This document shows positions 61,235 to 64,000 of a stretch of DNA of 64,000 nucleotides, in pieces. The DNA is from Planctomycetota bacterium (lineage in GTDB: Bacteria > Planctomycetota > Phycisphaerae > Phycisphaerales > SM1A02): contig JBJOGW010000091.1 in NCBI GenBank assembly GCA_046048055.1, positions 1,227 through 65,226 of the forward strand, written 5' to 3'. The notes under the pieces were generated by a model. It saw only the letters and a list, made by a program, of their open reading frames with translations, ran no database searches and was not told where the DNA came from. The translations under genes were made by a program, and so were the position numbers. Numbering within the stretch: position 1 is the stretch's first letter; each line of letters opens with the position of its first letter.

Positions 61235-61701
61235 GTCTCGTCGACCTCCTCATCGGGCTCGTGCTCCGGCCCGATCTCGGGTACCGGTCCCACACCGGAC
61301 TGCGCCTCGCGGCACGCTTCGTCCAGCACCGCCTCGGCCACCAGGATGGGTACGCCCTTGGCCACGCCCAGCGCGATGGCGTCGGAGGGCCGCGAGTCGA
61401 TGCGCACCTCACGATCCCCCTGCTGCACCACCAGACTGGCGAAGAACGTGCCCTCGCGCAGGTCATGGATCTCGATGCACAGCAGTGAACCGCCCAGGCT
61501 CTCGATGACCGAGGCCAGCAGGTCGTGGGTCTGTGGTCGGGCGATCTCCAGGCCCTTGAGCCGCCGCTCGATGGCGAACGCCTCGGGGAGGCCGATCACG
61601 ATGGGAAAGGCCCGCTCGCCCTCCACCTCGGAAAGCTCGATGATCTGCATGTCCGTCATCTCGCGGATGAAGATGCGGCTGAGCTGAACGGGCACCATCA
61701 T
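61231..61701 (-). CDS. Bifunctional nuclease domain protein (DUF151/BFN)
   Basis: 156 aa from ATG 61701. [32 protein letters not shown]...[21 protein letters not shown] matches DUF151. Confidence 0.8.
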   Translation of the reverse strand: MMVPVQLSRIFIREMTDMQIIELSEVEGERAFPIVIGLPEAFAIERRLKGLEIARPQTHDLLASVIESLGGSLLCIEIHDLREGTFFASLVVQQGDREVRIDSRPSDAIALGVAKGVPILVAEAVLDEACREAQSGVGPVPEIGPEHEPDEEVDET

Positions 61702-61800
61702 GGAATCTGGATGGTAGGCCACCCAGGGGCACCTTCCTTGGGTCTGGCCCGCTACCATCCCTGCCCTTCACGCAACCTCGCACGCATCGGAGCATCCACC

Positions 61801-63024
61801 ATGTCCACCAGGCATCTCTTCACCAGCGAATCCGTCTCCATGGGCCATCCCGACAAGCTGGCCGACCAGATCAGTGACGCCGTGCTCGACGCCATCCTGT
61901 CCCAGGACCCGCGCAGCCGCGTGGCCTGCGAGACGCTGGTGACCACCGGCACCGCCGTGGTGGCGGGCGAGGTGACCACCCGCGCCGTGGTGGACGTTCC
62001 GGCGGTGGTGCGGGCCGCGGTGCTTCGGGCAGGCTACGACAGCCCGTCCAAGGGCTTCGATGGCCACAGCTGCGGCGTGAACGTGCTGCTGGGCAAGCAG
62101 AGCCCGGACATCGCGCGCGGCGTGGACCGCAAGAAGAAGAAGGCCCAGGGCGCGGGCGATCAGGGCATGATGTTCGGCTTCGCCTGCAACGAGACCCCCG
62201 AGCTGATGCCGCTGCCGATCGCGCTCTCGCACGAGCTGGTCAAGCGGCAGGCCGAGATCCGGGAGAGCGGAGCCATCGCGGGGCTTCGCCCCGACGCCAA
62301 GAGCCAGGTGACCGTGGAGTACCACGGCCTGAAGCCGCACCGCGTGGACACCGTGGTGCTGAGCACGCAGCATGCGCCGCAGTGGAACGGTCCTGGGGGC
62401 CAGCGCCGCCTGCGTCAGGCGGTGATCCGCCACATCATCAAGCCTGTGCTGGGCAAGTGGTGGAACGATCGCATCAAGGTGCACGTGAATCCCACCGGCC
62501 AGTTCGAGGTGGGCGGTCCGCACGGCGACTGCGGCCTGACGGGCCGCAAGATCATCGTGGACACCTACGGCGGCCGCGGACGCCATGGTGGCGGTGCGTT
62601 CAGCGGCAAGGACCCGAGCAAGGTCGATCGCAGCGCCGCCTACATGGGTCGCTACATCGCCAAGAACATCGTGGCGGCCGGTCTGGCCGACGTGTGCGAG
62701 GTGCAGTTGAGCTACGCGATCGGCGTGGCCAAGCCCACCAGCGTGCTGGTGGACACGCACGGCACTGGCAAGGTTCCGGACGCGTGGCTGGCCAGGGAGA
62801 CGCAGCGCGTCTTCAACCTGACGCCGGCCGGCATCATCGACTCGCTCGATCTGCTGCGACCCATCTACGGTGCCACGGCCACCCACGGCCACTTCGGCCG
62901 CCGCCCGGGCGAGGGCGGCCCCGGCACCTTCACCTGGGAGCGGACCGACAAGGCGCCCCTGCTGAGGAAGGCTGCCATGCGCAAGTACGCCAAGGCTCTC
63001 GTCGGAACCCGGGGCCGGCGCTAG
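61801..63024 (+). CDS. metK: S-adenosylmethionine synthase
   Basis: 407 aa from ATG 61801. Motifs are [37 protein letters not shown] and [19 protein letters not shown]. Confidence 0.97.
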   Translation: MSTRHLFTSESVSMGHPDKLADQISDAVLDAILSQDPRSRVACETLVTTGTAVVAGEVTTRAVVDVPAVVRAAVLRAGYDSPSKGFDGHSCGVNVLLGKQSPDIARGVDRKKKKAQGAGDQGMMFGFACNETPELMPLPIALSHELVKRQAEIRESGAIAGLRPDAKSQVTVEYHGLKPHRVDTVVLSTQHAPQWNGPGGQRRLRQAVIRHIIKPVLGKWWNDRIKVHVNPTGQFEVGGPHGDCGLTGRKIIVDTYGGRGRHGGGAFSGKDPSKVDRSAAYMGRYIAKNIVAAGLADVCEVQLSYAIGVAKPTSVLVDTHGTGKVPDAWLARETQRVFNLTPAGIIDSLDLLRPIYGATATHGHFGRRPGEGGPGTFTWERTDKAPLLRKAAMRKYAKALVGTRGRR

Positions 63025-63034
63025 GCCGCCCCCC

Positions 63035-64000
63035 GTGAACCCCGGCCGCGCTGCAGCCTTCGAGCGACTGACCAGGCACGCGGAGGCGTTCCCTCGCCTG
63101 GACCCCCCGCGCGAGGCGCTGCCGGCGATGGATGGGCGAGATGCGGCGCTGGCCCTGTCCATCGAGCGGCTGACGGTGCGGCGTTGGCTCACGCTGCAGC
63201 CGATCCTGGAGCGACAGCTCACGCGACCGTGGGAGCGCGTGGAGGCCGGGGTGCGTGCCGCGTTGCTCGGTGGGGCGGCCCAGCTGTTCCTGATGGACCG
63301 CGTGCCCGAGCACGCCGCGGTGGCGGAGACGGTGGAGTGGGCCAAGCGATCGCTTCGACCGGGATCCAGCGGCATGGTGAACGCCGTGCTCCGCGGCCTG
63401 GCCGGCATGAGGCTGGAGCGCCTGGACGCGGCCGCCGTGATGCAGCGGAAGTTGGACGAGCGTGCCCTGCTGCCACTGGAGGACGGCGGCGGCTGGCGCC
63501 TGCGCGAACCCATCTTCAGTGATGCGGCCCCCGATCGGCTCTCGCAGCGAAGCGGCGTGCCGCTGGGCCTGCTGCTGCGGTGGATCAACCGCTTCGGACA
63601 CGCCAACGCGAGCGACCTGGCCATGCACACGCTCATGCCTGCCCCGCTGGTGGTGCACGGGCTTCCGGCCGGGCTGCCAGGCACCGCGCCGATCCCCGGC
63701 CTGGACGCCGTGATCTGGGAGGGCGAGCACGCTGGCCTGGTGGACGCGCTGGGCGCCCACCCGGCCGCTCGCGTGCAGGATGCTGCAAGCGCCATGGCGG
63801 TGGCGATGACCGCGGGACTGCGACCGGCCGTGATCGTGGACGCGTGCGCGGGCCGAGGCACCAAGTCGCTGCAACTGGCCGCCCTGCATCCGCGGGCGCG
63901 CGTGGTGGCGTCGGAACCCGACGCCGATCGTCGGCGCAGCCTGCACGAGACCGCGGCCCGGGGAGCCCGCGCCGGCATGCGGGTGGAGGTGGCCGAGGGT
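63035..64000 (+). CDS. rsmB: 16S rRNA m5C methyltransferase RsmB/Sun-like (3' partial, runs off the window)
   Basis: This gene is not in the ORF track because it has no stop in the window. My own translation from GTG 63035 gives a NusB-like N-domain (RAALLGGAAQLFLMDRVPEHAAVAETVEWAK). It also gives the methyltransferase motifs VQDAASAMAVAM and VDACAGRGTKSLQLA. Confidence 0.72.
   Translation, partial: MNPGRAAAFERLTRHAEAFPRLDPPREALPAMDGRDAALALSIERLTVRRWLTLQPILERQLTRPWERVEAGVRAALLGGAAQLFLMDRVPEHAAVAETVEWAKRSLRPGSSGMVNAVLRGLAGMRLERLDAAAVMQRKLDERALLPLEDGGGWRLREPIFSDAAPDRLSQRSGVPLGLLLRWINRFGHANASDLAMHTLMPAPLVVHGLPAGLPGTAPIPGLDAVIWEGEHAGLVDALGAHPAARVQDAASAMAVAMTAGLRPAVIVDACAGRGTKSLQLAALHPRARVVASEPDADRRRSLHETAARGARAGMRVEVAEG

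Noticed and set aside
61702-61800. Calling the metK leader a SAM-I riboswitch
   Set aside because: The conserved SAM-I core sequences are not present, and the region is only 99 bp, shared with a divergent promoter. I kept it only as an unassigned structured element.
61768-63978. 736-aa minus-strand ORF antisense to metK and rsmB
   Set aside because: It is a shadow ORF. metK motifs on the plus strand are unambiguous.

Overview
This is a GC-rich (about two-thirds G+C by eye), densely coding bacterial chromosomal window. It holds roughly 55 protein genes on both strands and one tmRNA. I found no transposase, integrase, phage gene, CRISPR array, rRNA or canonical tRNA. Several features hint at Planctomycetota, possibly Phycisphaerae-like, but this is inference only: a prepilin-type N-terminus on a DUF1559-like protein, DUF1573, a PEP-CTERM-like tail, paired C-terminal dockerin/EF-hand-like repeats, prenyltransferase-repeat proteins, and alternative complex III joined to a caa3 oxidase. 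Main blocks: (1) alaS (5' partial) and acs. (2) A sulfate-activation locus: a SulP-STAS-beta-carbonic-anhydrase fusion, then cysQ-tauE divergent from cysD-cysNC. (3) ssrA with a (GA)15 microsatellite touching its 3' end. (4) sthA, a flavin reductase, and a DUF1015-like-serA-serC operon. (5) An HD-GYP protein, two secreted proteins with dockerin-like tails, a pseudopilin-like protein and a four-gene MacA/ABC/FtsX/TolC exporter. (6) clpS, an MDR oxidoreductase, DUF1573 and a prenyltransferase-repeat protein. (7) ctaA, ctaB and DUF3179, followed by a contiguous ~14 kb minus-strand string actABCDEF, small membrane protein, SCO1, ctaCDEF, and a second CoxIII-like gene. (8) A translationally coupled EIIA(Ntr)-like, PII-like and two CPA-type membrane protein cluster running into tatD, tatC and tadA. 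(9) A PEP-CTERM-like protein, a DUF151-HAD-truD operon, metK, and rsmB-like (3' partial). Adjacent genes very often share 1-4 nt stop/start overlaps (TGATG, ATGA, GTGA). The many long antisense ORFs in the track are GC-driven shadow ORFs. The best candidates for undescribed biology are the EIIA/PII-like/double-CPA module, the DUF1015-like gene coupled to serA-serC, the ~175-aa N-terminal extension on CysD, the (GA)15 tract abutting ssrA, and the shared dockerin-like C-terminal modules.
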